A DNA stretch of 64,000 nucleotides, from contig JBFMCC010000023.1 in assembly GCA_040754535.1 (NCBI GenBank), positions 28,570-92,569 on the forward strand, given 5' to 3'. The DNA is from Chloroflexota bacterium. GTDB taxonomy: Bacteria; Chloroflexota; Anaerolineae; Anaerolineales; Villigracilaceae. Positions 10,858-20,733 of this stretch are shown here, in pieces. The notes beneath the pieces are model-generated. The model was not told the DNA's origin. It was given only the letters and a program-made list of their open reading frames with translations, and searched no databases. Position numbers and translations under genes: made by a program. The stretch's first letter is position 1. Each line of letters begins with the position of its first letter.

Positions 10858-10949
10858 GGATGCCTCCTTTTGGATGCTTCGAGTATAACGTGAATCCGCA
10901 TGGACTCAAGCGCCGGGAGACGCCGGAGCCCATCCCCCAAAGGAACGTG

Positions 10950-11954
10950 CTACTCTTCGCCTTCCGGCTCGCGGCCGGGACGCAGTTCCTTCTCGTAGAT
11001 GACGTACTCGTTGGCGACGTGCATCCCGGCTTTCTGGTATAGGCGCGTCGCGCCGGTCGGGTTTTGCGCGTCCACACCGAGGCCGATGGTCTTCATGCCG
11101 CGGCGGTGGAACTCGCCGAAGGAGTGATACAACAACGCGAGGCCGAGTCCGCGCTTGCGCCAGGGGCGGCGGACTCCCAGCGTCCCCACCCAGCCGATGC
11201 CCATGCGGAAGCGGCACAGCGAGTAGCCCGCGATCTGGTCCCCGTCCCAGGCCATGAACCACAACGACGGGTCGAAATCGTCGCGGCCGGTCATGCGGTG
11301 CTGCCAGGTTTCGTACGTGCCCGGGGTGTGACCCCAGTGATCGGAGAAGGCTTCCTCGTGCGCTTCGAAAACGGCGCGGTTCTGCTCGTCCAGCGCGAAC
11401 GGACGGAGTTCCACATTCTCCGGCCAGGCCGGCGCGGGCGGCGCGCCGTCGAGGGTGATCTCCATGCGCCACGAATAGCGGACGGCGCGATAGCCCTCGT
11501 TCTCGTGCATCCGGCGTCCGAGGGTGTCCGTGGCGGCCATGCCGTTGCGGATGTAAACGCGCAGGTCCAGCGCGGCCAATTGCACCTCTTCACGAGCGCG
11601 GGCTTCGAGGGCGCGCAGCATGGCAGTGCCGATTCCGTTGCCGAGATACGTCGGGTGGACGTAGCCGTCGCCGTTCAGCGAGGCGTGGGCGTGGAGGTTC
11701 ACGAACTCCTCGTAGCCGACCACGCGGCCGTCCGCGGCGGCGACCACCCACGCGTCGCGCTCGAGGGTGAAGCCGGGGTTCTTCCATTCGCGGGCCAGTT
11801 CCTCCGGGGTGACGGCCACGGTCGGGTCGCCGTCGGCGGTGCACACGTCCAGGATCAATTGCGCGACCGGCGCGAGGTCCGCCCACGAAGCGGGGCGCAG
11901 GCTGAAGCCCGGCGCGAGGATTTCATTCAGGATTGTGTCAGTTTTTGTTCCCAT
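10950..11954 (-). CDS. tandem-GNAT acetyltransferase (MshD-like two-domain architecture)
   Basis: 334 aa with two GNAT cores (…GNGIGTAML… and …RKRGLGLALL…). Confidence 0.7.
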   Translation of the reverse strand: MGTKTDTILNEILAPGFSLRPASWADLAPVAQLILDVCTADGDPTVAVTPEELAREWKNPGFTLERDAWVVAAADGRVVGYEEFVNLHAHASLNGDGYVHPTYLGNGIGTAMLRALEARAREEVQLAALDLRVYIRNGMAATDTLGRRMHENEGYRAVRYSWRMEITLDGAPPAPAWPENVELRPFALDEQNRAVFEAHEEAFSDHWGHTPGTYETWQHRMTGRDDFDPSLWFMAWDGDQIAGYSLCRFRMGIGWVGTLGVRRPWRKRGLGLALLYHSFGEFHRRGMKTIGLGVDAQNPTGATRLYQKAGMHVANEYVIYEKELRPGREPEGEE

Positions 11955-12504
11955 TTTGTTCCATCCATTCGTCTTTCAGGATCGCCATGTAGAGTACGTC
12001 CCAGCGGCGTCCCTCGCGATTCAGGATTTGCCGCATGCGGCCTTCGAGGCGGAAGCCCGCCTTCTCGTACGAGCGGACGGCGCGCGGATTGTACTCGAAC
12101 ACGGTCAGGCTGACGCGGCGCAGGCCGAGTTCCAGGAAGGCGAAGCGCAGGGCTAGGCGCAGGGCCTCGGTGCCGTAGCCCCTGCCCCAGTCGTCGCGGG
12201 AACCGAGGCCGATTCCCACAAAGGCGTCGCGGTGATTCCAACTCGTCACATCGAGTTCGAGATCGCCGACCAGCCGGTCGTCGGTCAGCGTGCGAATGCC
12301 GAAATAGTGGGCCGCGGGCGGCTGGTCTTCCACTTCCTTCTCGAGGAACTTGCCGATGGCTTTGGCCGAGTGAAGACGCGGCGCAACGCCGTCCAGCAGG
12401 CGCGCGAACTCGGAATCCGTGTTCCAGCGTGCGTAGGCCTTGCCCAGTTCCTCGGGGTCGAAGGCGCTCAGGCGTACCCGTTCGCCTCTGAAGAGATCGT
12501 TCAT
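11938..12504 (-). CDS. GNAT family N-acetyltransferase (RimJ/RimL-like)
   Basis: Begins MNDLFRGERVRL with a GGGAGG RBS. WGRGYGTEAL is the acetyl-CoA motif. It overlaps the next gene by 4 bp (ATGA). Confidence 0.75.
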   Translation of the reverse strand: MNDLFRGERVRLSAFDPEELGKAYARWNTDSEFARLLDGVAPRLHSAKAIGKFLEKEVEDQPPAAHYFGIRTLTDDRLVGDLELDVTSWNHRDAFVGIGLGSRDDWGRGYGTEALRLALRFAFLELGLRRVSLTVFEYNPRAVRSYEKAGFRLEGRMRQILNREGRRWDVLYMAILKDEWMEQNGNKN

Positions 12505-13067
12505 GCCGCGCCTCCCGATTGCATTTGCAACCATTCTTCACGAAGGATGCCCATCCAGAGGGAACTGTTGCGTTTGCCCTCGCGTTGCACGTCCTTGCGC
12601 GTGCGGCCTTCGATGCGGAAGCCTGCCTTCTCGTAGGAGCGCAGGGCGCGCGGGTTGTAGTCGTGCACGCCCAGCGAGACGCGGTGCAGGTTGAGTTCCA
12701 TGAAGGCGTAGCGCAGGATCAGGTGCATGGCGTCCGTCCCGTAGCCTTTGCCCCAGAATTCGCGCTCGCCGATGAAGATACCCACGAAGGCGTCGCGTCC
12801 GTGCACCTGCGGCAGGTACAAGCCGATGCCGCCGATCAGGCGGTCGGCATCCAGGGTGCGGATCGAGAAGCCGTACCGCTCGGGGCCCTGCTCCATCCAT
12901 TTTTCGATCATCTCCCTGAGTTTCTTCTCGGAGATGACGCCGGCCGGGTCACTGTCCGCGAGACGGTGGAATTCAGTGTCGCGCCGCCAGCGGACCTCGG
13001 ACTTGGAGCGCGTCTCAGGGCTGTCGTCTGCGAGGCGGACGAGTTGTCCGCGAAAGAGGTCATTCAT
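12501..13067 (-). CDS. GNAT family N-acetyltransferase, paralog of 11938-12504
   Basis: Begins MNDLFRGQLVRL, with WGKGYGTDAM. GAGGTG RBS. Confidence 0.75.
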   Translation of the reverse strand: MNDLFRGQLVRLADDSPETRSKSEVRWRRDTEFHRLADSDPAGVISEKKLREMIEKWMEQGPERYGFSIRTLDADRLIGGIGLYLPQVHGRDAFVGIFIGEREFWGKGYGTDAMHLILRYAFMELNLHRVSLGVHDYNPRALRSYEKAGFRIEGRTRKDVQREGKRNSSLWMGILREEWLQMQSGGAA

Positions 13068-13665
13068 TACGCACCTCGCTTCCGTTCCTGACTTTCGCCT
13101 GGTCCTCCCACTCGGGGCGGAGCAGCCCGAAGACGAGCAGGTCCCAAAAGCGGCCGTCGCGTTCCAGCGCCTCGCGTCGGCGGACCTCCTCCACAAATCC
13201 GAACTTCCTGGCGAGGGCCAGTGCGCCTTCGTTGTATTCGGGCACGCGCGCGGTCACGCGGAACAGGTTCAGTTCGGCGAAGGCAAACCTCAACAACATC
13301 TGCAGCGCCTGTGCGCCATATCCCTTGCGGTGATCCTCGGGCGCGCCGAGTCCCAGGCGGACGTGCGCGTTGCCGTTGGTCCACTCGATCCATTCGACCG
13401 CGGCGAGACCGATCAAACGGTCGTCGCTTTTGGCGCGGATGGTGAAATAATAGAGGTTTTTGTCCTCTTCGATCTGCTTTTCGAGGTTCTCGTATTTCTT
13501 CTTGACCAGCGCGGGCGAAAGCGGGCGCGCGGGTTTCAAATCCATCAAACGCATGAACTCGCCGTCGTGCGTCCATTTGGATTCCACGTCCGGGTCCTTC
13601 TCGTGGTCAATCGGGCCGAAACAGATGTCGCGGCCTTCGAACAGTTGGGTTTGAATGTCGAGCAT
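13060..13665 (-). CDS. GNAT family N-acetyltransferase, third tandem paralog
   Basis: Begins MLDIQTQLFEGRD, with HRKGYGAQAL. GGAGG RBS. Confidence 0.7.
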   Translation of the reverse strand: MLDIQTQLFEGRDICFGPIDHEKDPDVESKWTHDGEFMRLMDLKPARPLSPALVKKKYENLEKQIEEDKNLYYFTIRAKSDDRLIGLAAVEWIEWTNGNAHVRLGLGAPEDHRKGYGAQALQMLLRFAFAELNLFRVTARVPEYNEGALALARKFGFVEEVRRREALERDGRFWDLLVFGLLRPEWEDQAKVRNGSEVRNE

Positions 13666-14139
13666 TTCTCCTCCAGAGAAAAACAAAAGCGGCCGCAGGC
13701 ATTGCCCGTGACCGCATGAAATAAAAACGGCCACGGGCGAGTGCACCGCGGCCGTTAATACACTGCGTGTATGTTAACGATGAACAGGCGCACTCCGCGA
13801 ATCGAAATCAACACCACCACCCTTACCGGTGCGGAAAGATTCGACATGGAACGTAGCGATCACCATTGGTCGTGCGCCTCCTTTCATCAGGATTACGAAC
13901 GGGCGAAGTTTATCATTGGAAATTGAAAACCGTCAAGTGATTCGGCCTCACGGCTTATGGCTTTCTCAAAATCGCTCGAGAGACTGTCTGCTTTGGAACG
14001 CGAACACTTGCACTGCACTGCGTTCGGTGGAGTGCAGGTGTAGCGCCAATGGGCAAATTTCGCGAATTTTCCTGGGCTTATCATCCGCAATTTCGCGGCA
14101 TTCGCGTTGAGGCGCTTTCGACTTCGAGAAGGCCATATC

Positions 14140-15150
14140 TCACGGCTGGACGCCGGTGTCGATCCGCCCGGCGGTGAGGTCGGCCAGGACCTCGGCCACA
14201 TCGAGTTGTTTGCCCGGCGTGAGCAGGAACGGATCCACGTCCGCGAGGCCGAGCGGGGCCTGAATCACTTTTCCGCCTGCACCGGCCAGCAGGTCGGGCC
14301 AGGCAAGTTGGATTCCCTCGACCACGTCCGGTTCCATACTGGCCACCCAGTAGATCGGCCTGGGCTCCGGCGAGTTGACGCCGATGCCCATCACGCCGAT
14401 CGTTCCGATGTAGTTAAGCAGTTCGGGCGTGGCCACATCGGGATGAACATAAAGAAACTCGACATTTCGCTGGAGCACGAGATAGTCGGCGTAGGGATTG
14501 TAACGCGAGGGAGACTCGTCTGCGGGGATTTCGATGACTTGAGGAAATTCATACGGCAGATAATAGAACGAGCGGCACAGGCCGCAATAATACGTCATGC
14601 CGTTGGTAAACGCGGTCACTGCCTTCTGCGCCTCGGCGTTTCCCTGAGGGACGATCATGCCGATGCGGTAATCGTCTGTCACCATGGCGCCGATGTAACC
14701 AAAGAGGAACGCGGTCAGGTCCTGTTGCACGTCACTGCCCAGCACGCTGATGTTTCCCCCGGCTGTGACTTCGGGAATATTGATGGCGAGGAACTGCGTC
14801 TGCGGCGCGGCGGCGGCCAGCGCGGCGATGCCCGGGTCAGGCGGCAGGGCAATGACGATTTTCAGCGAAGGCTCGAGGTCCGCGGGCGAGAGCGTGTTCC
14901 GCACCTGAAAACGATAGCCCGCCTGCTGAGCCAGGTCGTACACAGCCGTCTGATACAGGCTGGACGCGGCCTGATCCATGTCCGCCGGCAGGACGAGGAT
15001 CGCGAGCGGGATGGTCGGCGTGGGAGTCAGGGTGGGAGCCGGGGTGGGCGTCTCGGTGGGAAGCGGGGTTGGAACTTTGTTGGCGCCCGGCCCGCAGGCC
15101 GAGAACAGGATGGTCAAAGCGAGGATGGCGGCAGTCAGTTTGAGTCGCAA
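14140..15150 (-). CDS. lipoprotein, possible periplasmic substrate-binding (BMP-like) fold
   Basis: Signal peptide with lipobox LFSAC, then a Pro/Thr-rich linker and a ~300-aa globular domain. Confidence 0.55.
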   Translation of the reverse strand: MRLKLTAAILALTILFSACGPGANKVPTPLPTETPTPAPTLTPTPTIPLAILVLPADMDQAASSLYQTAVYDLAQQAGYRFQVRNTLSPADLEPSLKIVIALPPDPGIAALAAAAPQTQFLAINIPEVTAGGNISVLGSDVQQDLTAFLFGYIGAMVTDDYRIGMIVPQGNAEAQKAVTAFTNGMTYYCGLCRSFYYLPYEFPQVIEIPADESPSRYNPYADYLVLQRNVEFLYVHPDVATPELLNYIGTIGVMGIGVNSPEPRPIYWVASMEPDVVEGIQLAWPDLLAGAGGKVIQAPLGLADVDPFLLTPGKQLDVAEVLADLTAGRIDTGVQP

Positions 15151-15198
15151 AGGTCACGCTCCAAAAAAGAATGGCCGAATTATAACAACTTAAATTAA

Positions 15199-15235
15199 AT
15201 GCCCAGGCGAGGTCTGAAACCTCGCCTGGGCGCGC
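15199..15235 (-). terminator. intrinsic terminator after Hsp20 gene
   Basis: Hairpin cccaggcgaggt/acctcgcctggg, followed on the minus strand by an A/T-rich tract. Confidence 0.5.
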
Positions 15236-15244
15236 GGGAGAAAG

Positions 15245-15637
15245 TTACTTCACCGCGATCTTGATCTTCTTCGGGCGGGCGGACTCGGCCTTGGGCAGGC
15301 GCAGGGTCAGCACGCCGTTGACGATCTTCGCGTCGGCCTTGTCCGCGTCCATGGCGGCGGGCAGGCGCAGGGTCCGGCGGAACGAACCGCCGGGCAGTTC
15401 GCGCAGGAGATACTCGGTCTCGTCGCGGGCGTATTCGCCCTCGATGCGGAGGACGTCGTCCAGGATCTGGATGTCGAGGTCTTCGGCCTTGAGTCCGGGC
15501 ACGAGCGCGGTCAGGACAAATTCGTCCTCGTTATCGCGCACGTCCACGGCGAGATGATGCGCGCCGGACGCGCCGTTCAGTTCGGCCCAGCGGCGGGCCA
15601 TGCGGCGATACGGGAACGGTTGGATGTAGAAGGTCAT
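15245..15637 (-). CDS. Hsp20/alpha-crystallin family small heat-shock protein
   Basis: ACD core ...EFVLTALVPGLKAEDLDIQILDDVLRIEGE...GVLTLRLPK. Confidence 0.85.
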   Translation of the reverse strand: MTFYIQPFPYRRMARRWAELNGASGAHHLAVDVRDNEDEFVLTALVPGLKAEDLDIQILDDVLRIEGEYARDETEYLLRELPGGSFRRTLRLPAAMDADKADAKIVNGVLTLRLPKAESARPKKIKIAVK

Positions 15638-15778
15638 GGTTTGCTCCTTTACCAGTCAGGTGAATTGCCCCCATGATAGCCGCGGCGCGTAAGAGAAACG
15701 GCGGCGATGAATAGAAATTGTGTTAGAAATGGGTGAACTTTTCATCGGCGCGCAGCGTCTATGAAAACGGAGGTGACC

Positions 15779-16264
15779 ATGAAAACCCTTGCCAGTTTGA
15801 TCGCATTGGCTGGATTGTTGCTGACTGCCTGCCAGCCCCTCGAGGCCGCGGCTCCGGACACAGGCGCCCCGCTCCTCCCCCCACCCCAGCCTGCCGAGGC
15901 CACCAGGGAGCCTCTCGCGCCGCCCAAAGCGGACACCCCCTCCCCGGCCGCGCAGGAGATGGCGCGCCTGAGCCGCGAGGACCTCGGTCAGCGCCTGGGA
16001 CTTGCCGTAGATGAAATTACCATATTGGAAATCGAACCGGTTACGTGGCCGGACGCCAGCCTCGGATGCGCGCAACCAGAAAAAGTATACGCACAGGTAT
16101 TGACGCCCGGCTTTTTCATCCGCCTCGAGGCGAAAGGAGGGCAATACATCTATCACACGGACGAGTCCTCCACGGTCGTCCTGTGCACAGGGGATACCCT
16201 GCCGGTCTTCCCGGTCACGCCCGGTGACATTCAGGATGGCCAACCCTGGGTACCGGTCGATTAA
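15779..16264 (+). CDS. lipoprotein, hypothetical
   Basis: MKTLASLIALAGLLLTAC lipobox, with GGAGGT 6 bp upstream of this ATG. Confidence 0.65.
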   Translation: MKTLASLIALAGLLLTACQPLEAAAPDTGAPLLPPPQPAEATREPLAPPKADTPSPAAQEMARLSREDLGQRLGLAVDEITILEIEPVTWPDASLGCAQPEKVYAQVLTPGFFIRLEAKGGQYIYHTDESSTVVLCTGDTLPVFPVTPGDIQDGQPWVPVD

Positions 16265-16302
16265 CCAAATACGCCCGCCTTTGCAGGCGGGCGTATTTTT
16301 TA
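16265..16302. terminator. bidirectional intrinsic terminator
   Basis: Hairpin acgcccgcc-tttgca-ggcgggcgt followed by TTTTTT. It lies between convergent genes. Confidence 0.8.
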
Positions 16303-16317
16303 GAGGTCGTTCAACAG

Positions 16318-18423
16318 TTAATTGTCAGGCATCTGGAAGTGCGTACCTGTGCCATGACTGCGTACCAGCGGCTTCTTGATATGCGGCTTGCGGCACTTGT
16401 ATTCCAACTCGTACGTGTAATCCGCATAGTACGTGACGCCATCCGGGGCATTGTAACTAACCATCATGACGATGGAGTTGCCCCACCTCAGCAGGTCGCG
16501 CAGTTCGATCTTCCCGCTCTCGGTCATATGGTTCAGGTGCATGACCTTGATCTTGTAAGAGGCCCATTTTCCGTGGCCCCGTTTGGCAATGAAGGTGACG
16601 GTGAAGTCGTTGTTGATCGGGATGATCTCGGTGATGTCCTTGAACACGCTCGCGTCCGAGCCGTCAGAGACCAGATTGCCATCCACCATCACATTGTCAA
16701 TGTACCAGCCGGCGCCATAGGTCGCCCAGTCGGTGATATAGCGGAAGGCGAGCAGGATGTCCTGACCGGCGTAGGCACTCAAGTCAAAGGACATGTTGAC
16801 CCATTGCGGTGTGCAACCTGTACCCACACAACTCTTTCCAGTCAAGCCGGGCAGGTTGGCGACAATGTCTGGGTGGGCGCTCGGGTCGTGGAGGTCCGTG
16901 GTGGAGGCATTCGACAGACTGTACCAGGTGTAGCCGCCGTCGGTCGAGACCTGAACGAAGCCAAAGTCCCAGTATTCCTCGAAGTCATACATCGTATCGA
17001 AGGACAGCGTGCCGCCGCCGACTGCGGAGAAGATGGCCCAGTTGTCGATCAGGTCACCCGTGCCGCTGTGCAGGACGGCTCCATCCGACGACCAGGCGGT
17101 CGGGAAGGTGGAATACGGGACGCCATTGAAGACCAGGCGGCGCAGGTTCTTGGGATTGCCGGTGATCCACAGATAGTCGGTGCCCCAGGGCGGCGCGCCG
17201 GGCGTGTTGAAGGCCTCTTCGTTGGGATCGCTGGGCGTGCCGATGTTCAGTTTGAAGTCAAGGTCCTTGAAGTAGTAGTGGCCATGCCCGGTCTTCTTCG
17301 AGTCGATCAGCATGGCGATGGACCAGTCGTGGAAGACATCAATGAAATCACGGTGGGCGCCAAAGGAGTCGAGTGTGGAGTCCACACCCGTGGTGCCGTT
17401 ATCCGGGTTGAGGAACAGCGCCTGGATGAAGGACGGGCCATACTGCTCCATCAGGTAGTACTGGAACAGGAAGGCCTGCCCGTAGTCCGTGAGGATCTCC
17501 AGGTCGCCCTGGTCGCCCCAGACCGTCAGCGAGTTCTCGGGGAAGTCCGCCGCAGGTTCCATATGGCCGGTCACGGACTCGCCGTAGCCGGTCAGCACCA
17601 TCGCCAGGTCGGACATGCCTTCGTTGATGAAGTTCTCTTCGTCGCCGTCATAGTCCGAGTGCAGAAGGTGCTGGTATTCGTGGGCGAAGATGCCCTCGTA
17701 GAGGTAGGGACGCGTCCCATCCGGGCCGATGCGGTTCTCCCAATCGTAGGCGTCAATCGTCATCGCGTTGCGGTCGAAGTAGGCTTCGAGAGTATCGGAG
17801 TAGAAGCCTGCGATATAGATCGGATAGTTGGGATCGTAGTAGTTCTCATCCCCGACATTCTCGACGAGCACGATCTGGCGACCGAGCGCATCGAAGTAGT
17901 AGCCGGGAGGAACATAGCCCCATGCCTCCAGCAAGGAAAACGACCCATCGTGGAAATCGGGCATACCAAAGAAGTTGGTTTCGATGGGATACATGTTGTT
18001 ATCGAACTCGCCCATCAGGTAGGCGGCTTGTTCACATGTCACGACTGGGGTCGGACGCGGATCGCCAGCCGGCCAAGCAAGGTTAGCCTGCACCCAGACT
18101 TGCGAATTGTCGCTCTCAGCCACCAGATAGAATACGTCAAAGAAGTAACCATATAAGGTGTCCAAAGCCACAAAATACTTGGCATCCAGGATGCAGTCGT
18201 CAAGGGATGCGGCAACCACTTCTTGCGCGGCAGCCTCTCCTTCTGCCAGTGCAGCGGCATCAAACGGGGCGATGTGCTCCGGGGTCGCCTCCCAATTGCG
18301 GATTTCCTCGCTCAAGTAGGCCGGACGGTAGTCAACCGGTTTCGTGGCGGCAAGAGCCGTGGTTGGGGCAAGGCTCACCAGCACCGCCAAAACCATGAAG
18401 ATGGAAAAAACCTTCCCTTTCAT
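16318..18423 (-). CDS. secreted M6 family metallopeptidase (immune inhibitor A / InhA-like)
   Basis: Signal peptide, HEYQHLL zinc motif and ~700 aa fit InhA architecture. Start chosen at MKGK (AGGAGA RBS). Confidence 0.8.
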   Translation of the reverse strand: MKGKVFSIFMVLAVLVSLAPTTALAATKPVDYRPAYLSEEIRNWEATPEHIAPFDAAALAEGEAAAQEVVAASLDDCILDAKYFVALDTLYGYFFDVFYLVAESDNSQVWVQANLAWPAGDPRPTPVVTCEQAAYLMGEFDNNMYPIETNFFGMPDFHDGSFSLLEAWGYVPPGYYFDALGRQIVLVENVGDENYYDPNYPIYIAGFYSDTLEAYFDRNAMTIDAYDWENRIGPDGTRPYLYEGIFAHEYQHLLHSDYDGDEENFINEGMSDLAMVLTGYGESVTGHMEPAADFPENSLTVWGDQGDLEILTDYGQAFLFQYYLMEQYGPSFIQALFLNPDNGTTGVDSTLDSFGAHRDFIDVFHDWSIAMLIDSKKTGHGHYYFKDLDFKLNIGTPSDPNEEAFNTPGAPPWGTDYLWITGNPKNLRRLVFNGVPYSTFPTAWSSDGAVLHSGTGDLIDNWAIFSAVGGGTLSFDTMYDFEEYWDFGFVQVSTDGGYTWYSLSNASTTDLHDPSAHPDIVANLPGLTGKSCVGTGCTPQWVNMSFDLSAYAGQDILLAFRYITDWATYGAGWYIDNVMVDGNLVSDGSDASVFKDITEIIPINNDFTVTFIAKRGHGKWASYKIKVMHLNHMTESGKIELRDLLRWGNSIVMMVSYNAPDGVTYYADYTYELEYKCRKPHIKKPLVRSHGTGTHFQMPDN

Positions 18424-18736
18424 AACGAATCTCCTCATTTGTTGTCATGGGTTTATCGAACTGGTCTTGCGAACTTTCAGGTCACGCTTTGGAACACCTC
18501 CTTTTCCTCGGCGCCGCGGGCGAAACCAAATCGTCCCCGGTCACTCGAACAGACACTGTTATGAACCAATTCGCAAAGCATTGTCTTTCCCGCCAAATCA
18601 TCTGGAATTTGCACTTCTGTAATTTTATCTTATATTAAAGTGGATAAAAAAACAAGAGCCATTGTCCGATTCGGCAGGAATTTTAAGAATTCAATATTTT
18701 TTTAATTTCACTTGTCAAAATAGGTATAATTCCGCC

Positions 18737-19438
18737 ATGCTCAAACGGCTGGCCTTCCTGATCCTCCTGCTTGTAACCGTCGCGGCGGGCGTCTATATCT
18801 ACCTGCTCATCCAACAACCGCGAGGGCGCGCCGCCTACGTCTTCGAATGGTTTGCCAACCCCGCCGCGCACGCGGACTGGGAATTGGCGGCCGGGACGCG
18901 CTGCGGCGATGCCCCGTTCATTTTCCCGACGAACGGCCTGGTCGGCTTCCTCTGGGACGATTCCTTCCGCCCCGGCCACCATCACCAGGGCATTGACGTG
19001 TTCGGCGGCGAGGGAGTAAACGTCACCCCCGTCATTGCCGCCTACGACGGCTACCTGACGCGCCTGTCCGACTGGAAATCCTCGGTCATCCAGCGCGTCC
19101 CATCCGACCCGCTCCAGCCCGGGCGGCAGATCTGGCTCTATTACACCCACATGGCCGACGAGAATGGCGCGTCCTATATCTCGGACCAATTCCCCGCAGG
19201 CACAAGCGAAGTTTTCGTTTCCGCCGGCACCCTGCTCGGCTACCAGGGCAATTACTCCGGCGACCCCAACAACCCGGTCGGCGTACACCTGCATTTTTCC
19301 ATCGTGCGCGACGATGGGAACGGCAACTTTTTGAACGAACTCGAAATCAAAAATACGTATGACCCTTCGCCGTATTTCGGGTTAAAATTGAATGCAAACG
19401 ACAGCCAGGGCGAGGTCCCCCTCTGCCCTATCCCGTAA
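18737..19438 (+). CDS. M23 family (LytM-like) peptidase, membrane-anchored
   Basis: N-terminal TM, with GHHHQGIDVF and VHLHFSI motifs. TATAAT at 18723-18728 is immediately upstream of the ATG. Confidence 0.75.
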   Translation: MLKRLAFLILLLVTVAAGVYIYLLIQQPRGRAAYVFEWFANPAAHADWELAAGTRCGDAPFIFPTNGLVGFLWDDSFRPGHHHQGIDVFGGEGVNVTPVIAAYDGYLTRLSDWKSSVIQRVPSDPLQPGRQIWLYYTHMADENGASYISDQFPAGTSEVFVSAGTLLGYQGNYSGDPNNPVGVHLHFSIVRDDGNGNFLNELEIKNTYDPSPYFGLKLNANDSQGEVPLCPIP

Positions 19439-19476
19439 ACCGGACGGAAGTCCGCTTCCTCCGAAGTGAGGCACCC

Positions 19477-20151
19477 ATGGCAGTCTCAAAACCCCTGGTC
19501 GTAATCGTGACCGGCGCCGGCAGAGGCACAGGACGCGAACTTGCCGAAGCCTTCGCCGCCAACGGCGCCTTCGTGGCCGCCAACGACATCGCCCCGAATA
19601 ACGTGGGGGCGATGGTCAAGGAATTGAGCAAGAAGGGCTACACCATGAAGGCTTACGTGGAGGACGTGGCGAAAAAGATGGCCGCCCAGGCCCTGATCAA
19701 CCGCGTCATCGAAGACTGGGGGCGCGTGGACGTGCTGGTCAACCACGCCTTCGTCGAACCGCACATGCCCCTGCTGGACATGGACGAGTGGGACTGGCAC
19801 CGCACGATGGACGTCAACCTGACCGGCTCCTTCCTGATGCTCCAGTCCGCGGCGCGCGTGATGCGCGAACAGGGCGGCGGCGTCATCATCAACCTGCTCT
19901 CGCTCACCGGCCAGACCGGCGCACTGGACCGCGCGGCCTACGTCTCCAGCCAGATGGGCATCATCGGGCTTACCCGCCAGGCGGCGCGCGAACTGTACAC
20001 GCACGGCGTGCGCGTCCACGCGGTGGGCAAGGGCATCGCCAAATACCAGAACGCGGAAGCCACCGTCCCGTCGGACCTGACGCGGGCGGTGTTGTTCCTC
20101 GCCAGTCCGCGCGCCGCGCACCTGACGGGGATGATCGTCAATATCCCATAA
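19477..20151 (+). CDS. SDR family oxidoreductase
   Basis: TGAGRGTGRE is a Rossmann motif. The YxxxK motif is degenerate. Confidence 0.75.
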   Translation: MAVSKPLVVIVTGAGRGTGRELAEAFAANGAFVAANDIAPNNVGAMVKELSKKGYTMKAYVEDVAKKMAAQALINRVIEDWGRVDVLVNHAFVEPHMPLLDMDEWDWHRTMDVNLTGSFLMLQSAARVMREQGGGVIINLLSLTGQTGALDRAAYVSSQMGIIGLTRQAARELYTHGVRVHAVGKGIAKYQNAEATVPSDLTRAVLFLASPRAAHLTGMIVNIP

Positions 20152-20152
20152 A

Positions 20153-20192
20153 AAAATGACTGGCACCTGCGAAGTGCCAGTCATTTTTTAGA
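20153..20192. terminator. bidirectional intrinsic terminator
   Basis: aaaaaa-atgactggcact-tcgcag-gtgccagtcat-tttttt. Confidence 0.8.
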
Positions 20193-20733
20193 GAGCAAGC
20201 CCAAGCCATTCGAAGAGGGGGCTGTAAAAGTCCAGGCCGATCAGGCCGACAAGAATTCCCAGCAACGCGCCCGCCACAATGTCAGAGACATAATGCACGC
20301 CCATGGCCACGCGTGACAGCGCCACGAGCGGCGCCCAGACCGCAAGCAGGAGGCCTGCCCAGCCGGGGCCGAGACCGATTGCCAGCACCGCGATCATGAA
20401 CGCGCGCGCCGCGTGACCCGAGGGGAAGGAATGCGGGTCGGTGTTGCGATAGATGCCGCCCCACTCCCCCTCCGGCCTGCGGCGGCGGACGACGAACTTG
20501 ATGCCCATCACGATGACGACCAGCACGGCGATGCCCGCGAACATGACCAGGGCCCATTTCTTCCAGTGCGCGTCGCCCCTCCACCAGATCAGAATCAGAC
20601 CCAGGCCCCAGAACCACGAGTCGCCGGAGTGAGCCAGAAAGGCGGAGGCGGTGCGAAGCGGGCCCGGCTTCTCGGCCACGCGCAGGCGGTCGGAGAGGCG
20701 GGCATCCAGTTCCAGGATGGGACGCAAACTCAT
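20188..20733 (-). CDS. PAP2 family phosphatase (membrane)
   Basis: KFVVRRRRP...PSGH...SRVAMGVHYVSD are PAP2 motifs. The start ATG overlaps the stop of the upstream gene (ATGA). Confidence 0.8.
   Translation of the reverse strand: MSLRPILELDARLSDRLRVAEKPGPLRTASAFLAHSGDSWFWGLGLILIWWRGDAHWKKWALVMFAGIAVLVVIVMGIKFVVRRRRPEGEWGGIYRNTDPHSFPSGHAARAFMIAVLAIGLGPGWAGLLLAVWAPLVALSRVAMGVHYVSDIVAGALLGILVGLIGLDFYSPLFEWLGLAL

Noticed and set aside
16339-18156. 605-aa plus-strand ORF
   Set aside because: Antisense to the InhA-like M6 peptidase, which has a signal peptide and HExxH. No motifs in the antisense product.
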